Made by a program: the position numbers and the translations under genes. A stretch of 62,461 nucleotides of DNA, the filler included, from Choristocarpus tenellus KU-1152 (Eukaryota > Protista > Phaeophyceae), in the NCBI GenBank assembly GCA_964200185.2. It is 11 parts of 11 records of this genome, joined end to end, with 100 filler letters (N's around TTAATTAATTAA, not from the genome) between each part and the next. Parts side by side here need not be neighbours in the genome. Positions count along the whole stretch, not along the records: positions 34,817 to 37,804 come from CAXNAD020023124.1; positions 37,905 to 44,771 come from CAXNAD020007179.1; positions 44,872 to 51,732 come from CAXNAD020007195.1; 8 more parts are not named here. One strand, 5' to 3'. Position 1 is the stretch's first letter, and each line of letters opens with the position of its first letter. Below the pieces are notes generated by a model. It did no database searches, was not told the origin of the DNA, and saw only the letters and a list, made by a program, of their open reading frames with translations. Below are positions 37,601 to 51,832 of the stretch, piece after piece.

Positions 37601-38037
37601 ATGCACACAAACACAGGACCTGCATGGCAGTTGAACGATGTGAGGGTGTGTGGGGAGTTAGGATTGGTTGCATGTCGTTGTGGAGGCAACCCACGAATTA
37701 CGTTTTAAGCTGTTTTGTGGTGGTGTCGAATGTCCCAGGGTTTATTCTGTGTCATGCAAGGGGGTGGCAATATATCATTTTTCTGTCTCCTCATGGTGGC
37801 CTTGNNNNNNNNNNNNNNNNNNNNNNNNNNNNNNNNNNNNNNNNNNNNTTAATTAATTAANNNNNNNNNNNNNNNNNNNNNNNNNNNNNNNNNNNNNNNN
37901 NNNNTATTGTTTTTGATTTAGAAGTTTTTTGTTTTTTTGCTAGATACTCTTTCATCATCAGTTAAAAAAAAAAATTGAGCATACAATGCCACGTTGCCTC
38001 TGGATCAAGGTCCATCCGTTGTGATGTTTTGTTTTGT

Positions 38038-38223
38038 GGCTCAAATGTATCTGGGGGAGGTGGGGGGGGCAGCAGTGTGTCCGTTCGGGGTCCACTTTTT
38101 CATGTCGTGGTTTTTGTGTGATTTGGTTGTTATGCGTTGGATGGATATTGTAAGTGCACTTCTCCTGGTCAGGGCCCAAATGGACACCCTGGTGTAGACC
38201 CCCCCCCCCAGATATGTTGTTTC
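38038..38223 (-). mobile_element. MITE family B, diverged
   Basis: Homologous to 11379-11559 (AAATGGACACCCTGGTGTAGACC...CCAGATA). No clear TSD. Confidence 0.78.
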
Positions 38224-40225
38224 GTGCTCTTCAGTGTGCCCTCGTGTGCTGTAACAGAGATCTGTAGGATGCTGCTCTCTTTCTTGTGCTGGGTTAGGGT
38301 TGTGTGTGTGTGTGTGTGATTGTCATATAGTGGTCGTGTCTGTTCACGTTGATGCAATGCTCTTTGATTTTTTTGTGGGTTTTTGTAGTGACATAGCGTT
38401 TGTATATATGTGCGTGTATGTATTTCCGTACCAACTGGTGGTAAGAGAGCCAGCCTTGTGTACATACCCTATAGGTTTGTTTATCCAATTTTGAAAAACT
38501 GAGATCTCCAAGTTTCTCGGAATGGGATGTAACTTTTTTTTAGTGAAATGAAATGAAATGTCTACGGACGCTGCATGGAATACGAACAAGATGGTACCCA
38601 CTATCTCATTGAGAGGAGCGAGGGCCTGGTGTGAAGATTGAAGTTTAAGAGCACATGTTGTTGTGCCTCCAGTGACCTACCTTGTCAAGATGGAATAATA
38701 GAGTTCCATGTGAAATCAATAGAGTGATCTAGAACCTTCTGTAGCAGACCCTGTGGTCCCGAAGTGCTGCCCCCTTCCACACATTAGGACATCCCAAGGC
38801 GCCATCTGAGTACTCCAGAGCTTCCCACAGCACTTCTGTCGAAGTCCCTGAAACTTTCCTATTTTGTGGTTGGATGCTTTATTTCATGCAGGAGAATTCT
38901 GCTTGGAATTCGGCGAATACATCTTAGTACATGTATAGCCTAACATGTCAGATTATGCAATTGCTTGTGTAAGATGTAAGAGAGCTCACTATAAGTAAGG
39001 CAGATTTTGATGTACCATTGTATGAACGCATCCCAAGGTGTGGATGCCCCCTGTTTTTTTTGTCCTTTATCTGGTCTATTGAGGTCGAGTGCGCGCGGAA
39101 AACGCCTGCTCCTCGTGCGTCTAGACGTATACGCGTATGTAAGAGTGGCGACCTCACGCAACTAACACCTTGGTGAATAATTACAAGGTACTAGCAAGGA
39201 AGAGGAGTTTCATGTGTTCCATGCAAGGAAATAGATAGCTACACAAGGTGATCGTCAACTCAGAGGAAGACGGTGTTGTCCTCTTCTTCTTACTCCATGA
39301 CTATGATTTTTGAGAAGTCTGATACAAAGTGGACCAGTGCACCGATGAAGTCTAACCGAGTATGAAATGTGTATGTGACTAGATATACATGAAGTGGATA
39401 TTGTCGAGGAAGCCACAGAAGGTGGAGTACGAAAACAGTACTTTAGCCCATAACTTTGGTCAAGGCGTTTTCCGACTCAGGTCTCGCAGGAGTTACAATA
39501 TAGTAGAATTTCTTGTCTTTTATTCTTCTCCTTACCAACCCTGAGAAAGAGTTTGATCTGCTTATGATATCGAAGATGCTGATTGTGTTGACAGATAAGA
39601 ATTCATATATACGATTCTTACGTCCAACCAAAGGGTCCTGAAAGGAAACGAGAAATGCCCAGAGTTGCATTTCAAGGATGCAGACAAATACGTTGCAAAA
39701 TTTCGACGTCTTTTTCAGTGTGAGTGGGATACTCTCTAATTTGTGTCGGAAAATTTTCAAATATTAAAAAAATAAACGCTCTCAAATTTAAGTTGGAACT
39801 TCATCCATGTAAATATGGATGAACCGCAAAAGAATTAGAAACAGATTTAAAATGTAAGACGCCCAAAACCTCAGCACCTCTCGTCGTGTACTTTGGATCA
39901 AATAGACAGGGTTAGCAGCACCATAACATTAGAACAGTGTGTAAGATAGGATTTCGGTTTAGTCAGCAGCATGGCATGACAAAGGACGAAACTGTTGACA
40001 GCATACTTGGAATTCGTGGTACCGTTTGTGGTGAGTATATAGCATTATACCACTCCACCCACCTCTTATTTCTTACTGGTCGGAAGTCAGAAAATTTAAA
40101 GGTACGCAGGCGGTCTGCCCACTGAACACCCCAATTTGAGACACTGTGTCAAAAAAAGGAGTATTGGATCTCCTCAATGAGATATAGTAGTTGATGCATT
40201 GGTCAGAGAGGTCTCTCTAATACTT

Positions 40226-40487
40226 GAGCCAAAGCATTTAAGAGGGCAGGGCCGCGTCCGTTCAGGGTCATAAATCCAATTGTGCGATTTTGATGTAATT
40301 TTGGCTATCGTGTTTGTTAGCAAGTGTCAATATCCTTGCTCTAGACACACCTTTCATGGTCGTATACATTATAGGTAACTGTCTTAACACAGAAAGCCGA
40401 AAAAGGGCAAAAAAACCCCGTGGGAAGCCAAGTAGTCCCAAACGGACAAACAGGGCAAAGTTCCTACCCTCTTAAATGCTTCGACTC
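40226..40487 (+). mobile_element. MITE family A variant, TSD ACTT
   Basis: GAGCCAAAGCATTTAAGAGGG ... CCCTCTTAAATGCTTCGACTC, with ACTT on both sides. Confidence 0.9.
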
Positions 40488-41972
40488 ACTTGTAACTTCA
40501 AGGTACATGAACGCCTTTTTGGTGCATTGCTGTTTGTGTGCTACTTGTTGCATGTTATAAAAAAGGGTACATCAGGTCTAGGCGACAAAAGTCAGACTAC
40601 AAACTTAACTCAGTTATACATTGGTCGACTGGTGTATTAGGACCTTAGACGCGCTGGAATAATCTCAGAGTTGAAGTTAATTCTACTTCGAGTATTAATA
40701 CTACATCACGTCTAGGAGGTAGCTTACTGGTGAGTAGCAATGAACTGCCGCGTTAATATTATGTAGATGTTCGAACTCTGATGGCGCTTGCTATCTTCAA
40801 GATGAGTGTCGTTATACCCCTAAAAAAACAAGACAAGACTGTGTAAGATAATGGGGGTATCGATTGATTGATTTGAATCGATTCAATTCGAATCAATAAA
40901 ATTATATTTGTCTGCAGTTTGATGCTGCGGATTGGGTAACAACACATTAGGGCAGCAGCAGCACCTTTATCATCACACTCCAAAATGTGGTGAGGATGAG
41001 GAAAGAAGCAGTGATGTTTTCCTTTTGCGATGAGTCTCATTGTTGCCTAGTATTTTTCTGTTGAAAAAAAGACAACAAGCATCTCATCCAGAATCGATTT
41101 TTATCGAGTATCGTGTTGAATCTTTGAAACAGGCAAGGTGCCTTTGACTAGCTTCACAAATGATCTATGGGAGTGGGAATGTGTGTGTGTATGTGGCTCG
41201 AGGACAGGCACCCTATCTATGCACTATACACCATGCATAACATGAAGTGTACAAACAATGAGGTAGACAAGCAACACTACGCCCTAAATCTTTTTGAAAA
41301 TGATGAGCAACCCTACTCTCTCAAAAGGAGAGGGATGGGAGGGAGGGATATGTAAGCAAAACGCAATGAAGGTGGCCTCAAGAAACACCTTCCTCATCGA
41401 CTTCCTTTTGAGATGCTGAGGTCGAAGCTAAGCTTCAGAGCACAATGATGAACCGTTGCTGGGAGTACATGGGGGCGACACGATAGAGCTCCTCCTACTC
41501 CTCACCCTTTTCCTGAACCAATATCACCGCCAGATCGTACCAGTTGTCTTGGGAACAGTTGGTTGCTCACAAGCTTTCTAAATGTTTTTTTCCCCCTCCT
41601 CCTACATTAGATGTAGCTTTTCCATATGGGTTCTAACATATTCAATGTTTGTCATGCTGCACAGAAGTGGATCTACAAAAACATGTGTTGATGATCCTCA
41701 CACTCATAATTTTTTTAAGAACTGACTCTTTTTTTTCTGTCTGCCAACGATCAGGTCTCCACAACAGACCCAGCTAACTGCCTTGCAAGAAACAGCTCCC
41801 TCACAGGAAGAGTGAATGCTTTGCTTTGGTGGAGCATTATCCCTTCAGTCCGACAAGCTCATTCTTCAACCCCCTCAGCATCAAGATGGGCAGGGTGGCT
41901 TTAATCACAATCGAGATGGATCCTTCAACCTCCCCCAATTAATAGTACACGCCTCCCCATTACTTGTGAACA

Positions 41973-42752
41973 CTATTTATGAGTAGAGCTACTTGTAGAA
42001 AGTTGATCAACCAGCCACTGAAACCCCTCTTCGACCCCATCTCCGGTAAGCGAGTTGCTCCCCCTGGGGGCATCACGGGTCAGGGTTAGGGTTGAGGTCT
42101 CTGCTTAGGGACAAGGTTACGGATTGTGGTGTCAGCCCAAGATCAAAATGCATATTTTAAAGTAATAGGAAGACCAACTGCAAGGTACGTATAAAAAAAT
42201 ATTTAGACAAATAGGAAAATTGGTACTACCACCTTGAGCCAAACAGAAGGCATTCTCCTGACAACATGCTCTCCCCCTCCACATCAAGAAATAATAATGA
42301 TAGTAGCAGTAGCAGCAGTAGTAGTAGTAGCAACAACAGTAATAGCAGTAGTCATTTAAGCATCAATCTAGGACTTTTGAACATCACTATCTGGGTTCTC
42401 GGAAACGCGACTATTTTGTGAAAACTGAAATTCACTAAAGGTTGAAGAAGGAGAGAGAGAGAGAGAGAGAGAGAGAGTTATGTGTGTGTGTATGTGGACT
42501 GTGGTGGAGATGGTATTCGGAGATGATCCACCCTGCCCCAAATGCCCCATTACCTACGTCCCTCCCATCGTTCTCAAGCCTACACAACATAGTACTAGTA
42601 ATATATATATATATATCTTACTCTATGCGCCATGGTGTATCACCACACATGAGACCCAGGTTGAGCTCTTCCTCGCACTCCGAGGGCGATATGGATTGAG
42701 GGAGGTCAATCTTATTGGCAAACACCAAGATGGGCATTCCCACATTTTTCAC
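41973..42752 (-). CDS. ARF-like small GTPase (ARL6/BBS3-like), last two exons 42752-42622 and 42063-41973
   Basis: VKNVGMPILVFANKIDLP...DTPWRIE joins GSNSLTGDGVEEGFQWLVDQL...stop. G4 motif NKxD is present and the GT-AG junction is phase-consistent. Confidence 0.88.
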
Positions 42753-43893
42753 CTGGCACAAACCATGTACGTAAGCAGGTGGGCAGTTACAGGGGGATGT
42801 TGTTACCATCAGTAGAAATACCACAGACTGACCACTAGGTCTCTCACATGTGATATGCATAATGACATCATCTTATTGATGAAGTTATTTTCTACGTTTT
42901 TTTTAATCTCTGTTCATTATCATTGGTGATTTGCCTTGATGGGACAGCTCAAAAGGACCCCTTACGTGCATCCATGTAGATAGTAGATGCCACTAAGACT
43001 AGGACATGTTTGGAGCACCGTCTCTATCGAAAAAATTAATCAACAGTGGGTAGTGTTGTGATGCATTAACCTCTCGCTGCGGAAATCTATCAGTTCCGTG
43101 AAAATACCAGCAGAAAACAACTGTAGTACTAGTGAGGGGAAAGGGTGATATTGGAAGAAAAAACGTATGTCACTGACTCAATTGCCGTAATATTCCATTC
43201 ACGTCTATAATCCTCCTGTTCGTGGAACGTCCTCTACCTCTGGACCTTGTTTTTTAATATCTCGAAATTATTTTTCTTAGTAACACTGAATGCCGCACAT
43301 TGAACGAGAATTTTCTGCTTACTATTTCTCTGGTATTATTGTTCCGATAAATATTCTTCGTGTTGGTGCGACATACTAGCGATATCAAGCACAGGCCCTA
43401 TGGCGGATGATATTATGTGCATGGTCTAGTCTGTACCCGTTGCCTTCCAATCACCGTTTCAACTGGGACCTTTCAACACCCTGAAGATGTCTGCCACCCG
43501 CAGCCTACAAAAATGATCTCTCTCCCTACATGCGGGCATCATGAATTGCCCTATCTTTTGCCTACTTCAGTGGCAATACATAAAGCATTATCCTGCTTCG
43601 GGAAGCATCGATACCTCCAATAAAAATACCCATGGCCTGGTGGATTGAACAGAGTAACTAGATCTTTGCCTCAGCAGGGCTTTTCGTGAATATTTTTTTT
43701 AAAGAATGACGCATATCTTTCGAGAAACCTATTGCTATTCTCATAGTCAGCATGCCCATTATGCATGTAGCCGAAGGACACACAGTTGGCATACTGTGGT
43801 GTGTCAACAGTGCTTACTCCCTTTAACTTAGGCTCATTCTGGCCACAAAAACGCCAGCCAGCGGTGAGTGCAGCAGTCAGGAGATCTGTATGT

Positions 43894-44158
43894 GACCCAA
43901 GGCATTTAGGAGGGTTAGGGATTTTTTCCTGCTTGTCCGTTCAGGGCTTGGCTTCCCACAGGTTTTTTATGCCCTTTTTTCGGTTTTCTGTGTAAACACT
44001 AACCCTAACCCTAAATTGTATACGACCATGAAAGGTGTGTCTGGAGTAAGGATATTGACACTTGCTATCAAACACGATAGCCAAAATGAATCAAAACCGC
44101 ACCATTGGATTCATGACCCCGAACGGATCCGACCCTACCCTCCAAGATACTTTGACTC
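43894..44158 (-). mobile_element. MITE family A variant containing acquired telomeric hexamers
   Basis: Reverse-complement homolog of 40226-40487. Ends CCCTCCAAGATACTTTGACTC. Confidence 0.82.
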
Positions 44159-45194
44159 CGTGAAAGTTGGTCCTGCAGGTTACAGGTACTACTATGAAAA
44201 ACTTGAATAGCATACTATGCATTGTTCCGGTAGGGCTAACCACGGTCCTTTCGCTTGAGGCGATATTATTTTTTTTGTTAGTTTGCAGGAACGAAGTGCA
44301 CCTTAGGGTTAGGGTTAGGGTTAGGGTTGGGCTTAACAGGCGGTGCGAAGTGCTGGACCAAGGAACTTGGAGACCCTGCCAACGGCCCCGTTTTTCTTGA
44401 GGTACCTGCAGGTATCACTGTCACACTATCTTATTGATCCTGTGTTGTAGTAGCACTAGAGGGGCTCAACTGGGCCAGAAGGGCTATTGACTAAACTGGG
44501 AGAGGCATCTTGCAACGAGTCTAAGGTCCCTGCACTTCTTCAAACATGACAGGTTTTTTTTTTCACCGAGCAAGTGCTACCATTTATTTTCCATCTGCGT
44601 GATGGTGGCATGCAAGGTTGCATTGCTCCACAGCAGAGACTGTCTGTCTTCTTGAGTGAGGACTGCGAATCAAATTCAAACAACCCTGCTCACTCTACGG
44701 CGACAAAGAACTGCCACTTCAACGAAGCTGCCACTAATTGGGGGGTGATATTAGCACTACCACTAACATTANNNNNNNNNNNNNNNNNNNNNNNNNNNNN
44801 NNNNNNNNNNNNNNNTTAATTAATTAANNNNNNNNNNNNNNNNNNNNNNNNNNNNNNNNNNNNNNNNNNNNGGGGGGGGTCATGGTTCAGTCTATGTGAT
44901 GTGGTTATTCTGCCACAGAGTATTGTAGTTGTTGAGATTTCAACCAGAAAATATAAAGAACAACCGATTTATTATTTATTCAAGTTCTGTTGATTTCAAA
45001 TCAGTCACAGTTGACAAGTACCATACCATTCCAATATCAAGAAAAGCAAAGGGGGAAACCAAACACACACACACATGCTTTTGAATAATCAAACGTGATG
45101 GGCATGTTTCAAACACCACTAATGATAGAAAAATCTGCGCTAGTGGGTGTCTGATCCACGTATCACCACTCCCTACCTAACCCTTATCTTGCAG

Positions 45195-47427
45195 GACCGC
45201 TGGGGTCTCCTCATTGATGAGTCGTCGTATGGTAGAGTCACTCCTTGTGGACCTGGAGACCACCATGGAAGGCAGGGCCCTCCGCCCCAAAAATGCTGCC
45301 GCCCAGGTGTGGGGCAGTCTGGCGGCCCTGCGTAGAGATGAAGGTTCCAATGCCTCGGAAAGGAAGTTGCTCCTTCCCGGCTTGGGGGTCACAGGAGTGG
45401 GGGCAGCAGTTGGAATCGGGACTCGCTCAGGTGGCCAAATCAATGCTGATGCCCTCAACTTGGCACGAGTAGGTACCTTGGTGCACGATGTCCTCGGGAA
45501 GCTGATTGAAGTGGCCACCGGGGAGGAGAAAGAGGTCAAAGAGGGGACAGAGATGGGAGTTCATCGCGTGGTAGTTTCAACAGTGAAGGCAGCAGCCCTT
45601 GTGGAGTTGGCATTGGTGTGCCTCCGCCCTTGCCCGCTGAGGGTACCTCACCCACAGATGCTGCTACTCCTAGAGGCGCTGTTCAGGGGAGGACATGGCT
45701 CGGTAGTGGAGGAATCATGCGTGGAGTTTGCTCTATATGCGTGCGGTACAGCCGTGGGAGAACATTCTGGGAAGGAGTCTAGAATGGGGGCGGGGGCTGG
45801 AGGTGGAGGTGGAGGAAGGGATCCAGCGTTGTACGCTTCCTGGTTGCACAGCTTGCTGAGAGGCCAAGCATTCTGGAACATTTTGCCCTCGACACGACTG
45901 CTTCTCATTTCGGGCTTTGACCGCATGGCCTTAGGCCTGCCAACAGGGGGGTTGGTCCACGTTACAGAAGAAACTTGGATTCGTCTACAGACTGGGTCGA
46001 GGGCAGAGGGGGGTATGGGGGGGATCCATAACCTTGCCAACACTCTAACACCTACCTCGGTTTCAGACGCCAAGGGAGGGCTGACTGGGGAAAACAATCA
46101 TGAGCTAGTCTGCCTGGCCAGATTTTTGAGTAGTCTCAAGCGCCTTCTGGGTATTGGAGACCCTGTCAGGGCAAACAGGGATGTTTCAGCTTCTGCCCTT
46201 TTGGATGGGTTACCAAGTGCTCAGGCAGCTATAGCAATTTATGTGGTAGAGCATATCTTCCCAAATTTGATGGCTGCATACGGGGACTGCTGTAATCTTG
46301 CATTCTTAGTGCCTGGGTCCTCAGACACACCTCTCTGGGATAGTCTTGTTGACCTGCTTACTAGCCTCCCAGGGCAGAGGGGGCTCACTGTGGTGACAAC
46401 TGTAGCTTCAATATCACCCAGTGGTGCCACACTAGCTGATGAGGCCATACAAGCATATCTGGTTGGTCGCATTGTTGCTAGTGCTGCTGGGGCTACTGAC
46501 TCAGAGGTGGGGGCAAGTGAGGCAATGACTGCTGGGGGCCTTGGCACTGCCATTCGTTGGGCAATGCGACATACCACTGCTATTGAGGCAAGTAATATCG
46601 TGATGCCAGCACTCATGGAGGCACTGAAGGTAGGTGTCCCTCAGACGGCAAGGCTTGGATGGGTCATATCTCTACTGGACATGCTAGGCCTGCCTGAGTT
46701 TTGCCCTCTCCGGACAGTCTCATTACTGGGTGCAGTGGGGATAGCCTGGGAACACCAAGGCTCGTGTGTGGGTGCTCTGATAACAAGTAACTTGGAAAAG
46801 GATGGAGCAAGGGAAGGGAAGGGAAAGGTTAAATGGGAAAGGGGGAGAGGGGGTGGGAAGGATAGTGAAGAACTTCCTTGGATGATGGCAAGGGAGTGCT
46901 TCCAGCAGGGAAACATGGCCCCAGGTATGACTGAGGGATTTGTGTTCATGATGAGTATCGCTCTGCCCAGAGTTGTGAAAAATGGGGCGAGTGGTGGGGA
47001 TAAAGGAAGCGAGGAAGTCCTTGCTCGCCTCTTTAAGGTTCTATCTAAAATTAGAACAATTCCGGAAGAAAGAATTAGCAGGTCATGGAGGACTCGAGTC
47101 AATCCTGGAGGATTGGACTCTCAGCAAGAAGGTCCGAGCAACAGAGGGAAAGCAGAATTTGAATCGAGGCCAAGGGCGACATCATCGACATCATCTGTAT
47201 CTGTGGCAGCAGCAGGAACAGCAACAGAACAATTTGTAGGCAAGGAGGAAGAGGAGAAGAGAAGAGAACAAGAGGGTGCCATTGTAGTCAAGAGAGGGAT
47301 GGAGCTTTTCTTACAGGGGTTAAGACACACTCCAGCTGTGCTGAAAGGTAGATTGGCAAGTCAGTTTTCAGTTGCTGCTGGGTCTGTAGCGAGAGACAGA
47401 ACTTTGGAAGCACTGACCCATTTGTAA
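45195..47427 (+). CDS. Large terminal exon (~740 aa) of an ARM/HEAT-like protein, probably focadhesin/RST1-like
   Basis: 2.2-kb open frame after the acceptor CTAACCCTTATCTTGCAG. Segments LVCLRPCPLRVP, EESCVEFALYA, WLHSLL...AFWNILPSTRLLL and RLGWVISLL resemble the RST1/focadhesin C-terminal region (from memory). The coding call is firm; the family call is moderate. Confidence 0.6.
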
Positions 47428-48747
47428 CTATTTTTTTTGCATTTTTATTAGTCATTGTTGAGGTCTTATTTATACTCTCCCTCCAGAAATGAAAAATACC
47501 GCAATGTGAAATTTCATGGTAACAGATTGGAACCACCTGTAAAAGGCAAGACAGGGGGGGGGGTTGTGAATAGTTTTCCACACTAATTCCTATAGATGGT
47601 AATACAGTACGAATATAATGTTACGTATCCTGATATTCTTCCCTTGACAACAGAACTACTAACCGACATGTTATTTTTCCAGATTGAGCAGCAACATATG
47701 CACATGTATGGGGGGGGGCCTCCTCACCAAGAGGCCTTTACTACGATCACAGTAGCAATTTTTAGATTTCCTTAGCTGACTAAGAGTGTTCCTAAAGTCT
47801 TGGACTTTCAGGATACATCTGCCGGGTAGGCCTCTCCACAACTCTTCGGTCGCACAATCTTCCTTTCTGAGCAAAACATAGTTTGCTGTTAGGCTTGTCT
47901 AAGAAATGACAAGAGGTGTTTGTGTCTGGAAGTGGAGAAAGAGCACGTATTTTTTGGTAAATATTTAATTTTGTCCTGGTCAACATAAGTGCTGTGCGAA
48001 GGAGCTCTACAAAGGGAGTTCCTGCACACCCTGCCTTCAAGTTGCTTGTTGAGGTGGGAGGTATACTGTAGACAATATAATCAGGTTGGTGTGTGCGGAA
48101 GATTGCTGTGACACAACCTTTTGACTGCATGCTGATATCATTCTCATGTAATCAACAGATGGTTGCTTGGACAGGGTTAAAGGTTAGTGAGGTCTGGAGT
48201 AGTGTTGTCCCAACGTTCATGGCTGTAAACGTCAAACGTTATTCTTGAAGGGGTGAAATTGGAGGGTAGGTATTGTACGAAAAGTCTATACTCAAATAAT
48301 GATAGGTTCTATATGTGCCAAGAACTTCGGAACTGCTAACGACGTCACCATTACAAAAGAACATTTAAGAAGCAACATGCATAGTGAGGATATCTTAAGT
48401 GGTCTAAAGTTAGACTAAATACTGGGTATGATTTTGTTCTCGTGAAGTGATCTGTGTAGAGGCTTGAAGCCTTGTAAAGTGAAGAGGTGATCTCGTGCAC
48501 CGAAGGACTGGTTGGATTCGATGCGATGCATCTTTGTGATATGCTCTGTGAAGAGGTTGATTGAATATTGTGAAGTTCAGCACTACTCAGTGCTATGGTC
48601 CAGGATAGTGATGCATGCTCTGAGTAGAGGCTTGTGGATGTATTAACTCTGAATATATCTCATCTAGTTGTGTGTCGAGGTAAACGTTTTGCAGAGTGCA
48701 TTGGAAGTCAGAATTGGGAGCAACACCTTCCAATAAAATAATATAAA

Positions 48748-49013
48748 GAGTGAAAGTATCCTAGAACGTGCGAGTTTTGTCCTGTTTGTTCGTTTGGGAC
48801 TTGGCTTTCCACGGGTTTTTATGACATTTTCCTACTCTGAAATTCTCAGAGTAGGTGAAATGTGTACGTTTTTGGAGTAGGTATCATGTGTATGTCTGGA
48901 ATAAGGATATTGACACTTCGTAACAAACACGATACCTAAAATTACATAAAAATCGCTACATTAGATTTTAGCCCCCAAACGGACGCGACTCTACGCTCTA
49001 AGATATTTGACTT
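48748..49013 (-). mobile_element. MITE family A
   Basis: GAGTGAAAGTATCCTAGAACG ... GACTCTACGCTCTAAGATATTTGACT. Confidence 0.85.
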
Positions 49014-51832
49014 AAAACAAAATACCAAGGTTCGATCTATGAGACGAAAAGTAAAGGAGACTCGAGTCTAACTCTTAGTCAACTTGTGTGTTACGTACTG
49101 ACTAAATTTGTATGCTAAGAACATCTACCAAATGTGTCAGACTTACTTCAAACCATGCAAAGTGTAACAAGTCATGATGATATACCACACATGGCAGTAT
49201 GCACACGGTGTGCATACTTACACCTGGTACTCAAATAGTATAGTTTTTGGAGAGTTAAAACGATAAGAGTGATTGAAGAAATTTTATTGTATGTATATTT
49301 GAATTGAGTTGATCTCTTCCATCTAAGGCGCCGCTTCTTGGACGCATATCCATGGCAAATCCACTCTCAGTTGTTGAACCCAGTCCCTTATATGACTCTG
49401 GCCTCTGGAATTCAAGTTATGGTGTTTGCAGGAACAGAAGGCAACACTGGCAAACAGCATTCCTTGGGTTGCAGATGTCAGTCATTCAAGAAAATGAATT
49501 CAGCAACGGAGTGAATTTGCCACGAGTATGCCGAGTTGAACGGTTTCCAGACTTATTTCGTCTGGTGATGGTGGGCAGCGGATGTCTACAGACCATATTC
49601 GTCGCCTGATGCATATGAGGATGACCTTTTAAGTTTAACCAAGTTCTTCTCGTGCTGATGATTCAGAACGGCTGTCAAATAGAATTTGAGCCAAAGATCC
49701 ATTTGTGTCATTATTCCATAGCAAGGAGTTGCACGTTTTGGACCTCTTTGCTGTGGGGAGCCTTGACACAGAAGAGAGGTATAGCATATGCCACAACAAC
49801 TACATTGTGTCCAAAATGCTCAAGCTCAAACCTTGGCCACAGTCACTGTTGGCGATAGTGTCTCCCAGGCTGCTGAGGCCGGTAGCAGGGGAAGATCTGA
49901 TGCCAGGCTGCTTTAATGAGGGTGGAGACATGGATCAGTCAACGAAGGAAGGGCCAAGTGATCCTACCATGGATACAGACAATTGGAGACAACAATGAAG
50001 GGCAGCACCGTGTATGGAATGGAGAAGTGGAGAGTCAAACGTTCAGAGTTCCACCAGCAGGTGCTAGCTACCCCATTAAACACAATTATGACTGAGGATC
50101 ACACCAGTTTCATACTCAATCTGAACCAACAGTAGCAGATTAACAAACACCTTGAGAACACAGTGGTGTCGCTCATGTGTGATCATGCATGGAGCAACCT
50201 ACCTTAACCCTCCTGTACATAATACGACACACAGCTGGCACCTTGTCAGGGCAGCTAAATGCACTTTCCTTTAACTGACGATCTTCTGGCAATATTGTGT
50301 ACGCGACCTTGCTCAGATCAGACCTCAAGACTGCTCCAAGCTCATGGAGTATTACATTGTCGCCAAGCACTGTCCTTCCCACGTTTACTGAATTTATTGT
50401 ATATCAACAGTAGTCTCCATCTTGTTTTTGTTTTATCAGCACTAGGAAAAAAAACGCGAGTAATTCTTTAAGCCTTCAAAATGCTATAAAATCATAGTCC
50501 TTCGCCTTGGCGTACACAAAACTTGTTGGGCCTCTACAGATCTAAGAAAATGCTTATTGAGAGTGACAGATGATCACACGTGCTGAAAAGTATCAAAAGT
50601 ATATTGTTGGAAGTGTCACTTGCAACCATGGCAATACGTTCACTCACCCCAAAAAAGATGCTCAAGTAAGGATGAATTTATACTGCAGACATAAGTGTCA
50701 ATACATTGTAGCAAGCCTTGTTAGTCTATCAGATTGAATCTACTTTAAGGAAGGCCTATCTGTCTTGACCTGTGGTAGGGTTGTGCTTGACAGATTGCTG
50801 GCATTATTGACATGTCCAACAGGGTCTGCTCTTCACAAGGAACCCAATGGTGCCCCCCCCCCCCCCCCCCCCCCCCCCAAAAAAAACAAAAACACGTTCG
50901 CGGGGAAGATATGTACCTGGTTGTAGAAAAAAACAAACACTAGTTTTTTTCTNNNNNNNNNNTGTCGGAGTGTCTGGTGTTTTTACATGTCCCACCGGGG
51001 CCGCCCTTCACAAAGAACCCCATTGGGCCCCCCCCCCCCCCCCCCACACACACACACTCTGATTTGTCCTGTGGGAGGATATCTCTTGACTGAGTGTGAA
51101 CATCAAGCATCACTATTGTTGTTCTGAATGGTGTTGGATAATGTTCATGTAAAACCTTTCAATTCACAGAAAAAAGTCTAATAATGTATGTCCATGGCTA
51201 CTTAAGGAGGGTTGCATTGTTGACAACTTAAAAAGGGGCTGTACCACCTGCATGATGAGTCAAGGTAGTATCACCATAACACAAAAGCAGTGTCCATTTG
51301 GTGTTCCCGGATAGAGTAATGTGGGCAGTGTTTTAAAAAGTCACCTACTGCAAGTACAGAAGAGGCACTATCCATACTCAAAGAGATAGCAGGATAGTGT
51401 TCTATTCAAGTGGCCATAGTACCACAATCTGTATATATATATATTTTTTTTTTTTGTTAAGGTCAGATATCAAAATGGTCAACTCAACCAAACATAACAG
51501 ATAAATAATGGGTTTCCCATATTAGATGCACAGTAAATAGAAATAGGATAAATGATCAACAATACAGCAGTATTTCCATCTCACAAGGTAGAAGCAAAAC
51601 CAGGATATCAAAAAAGCATGTTCCCGGAGAAAATAGACCATGGCACCCTCTCTCTCAAGGATGGGGGGGGGGGGATAGGGGGATAGGGGGTGGGGGGGGG
51701 GGGGGGGGGGGGGGGGGGGGAGGGGGGGCAGANNNNNNNNNNNNNNNNNNNNNNNNNNNNNNNNNNNNNNNNNNNNTTAATTAATTAANNNNNNNNNNNN
51801 NNNNNNNNNNNNNNNNNNNNNNNNNNNNNNNN

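Noticed and set aside
47700-48700. Possible decayed LINE RT (LYTD, YHYLS look-alikes)
   Set aside because: Motifs too degenerate to support a call.
51661-51732. Long poly-G/poly-C runs (also 17155, 50852, 59735, 62368)
   Set aside because: They cluster at contig ends and gaps, so their length is unreliable and likely sequencing-related.
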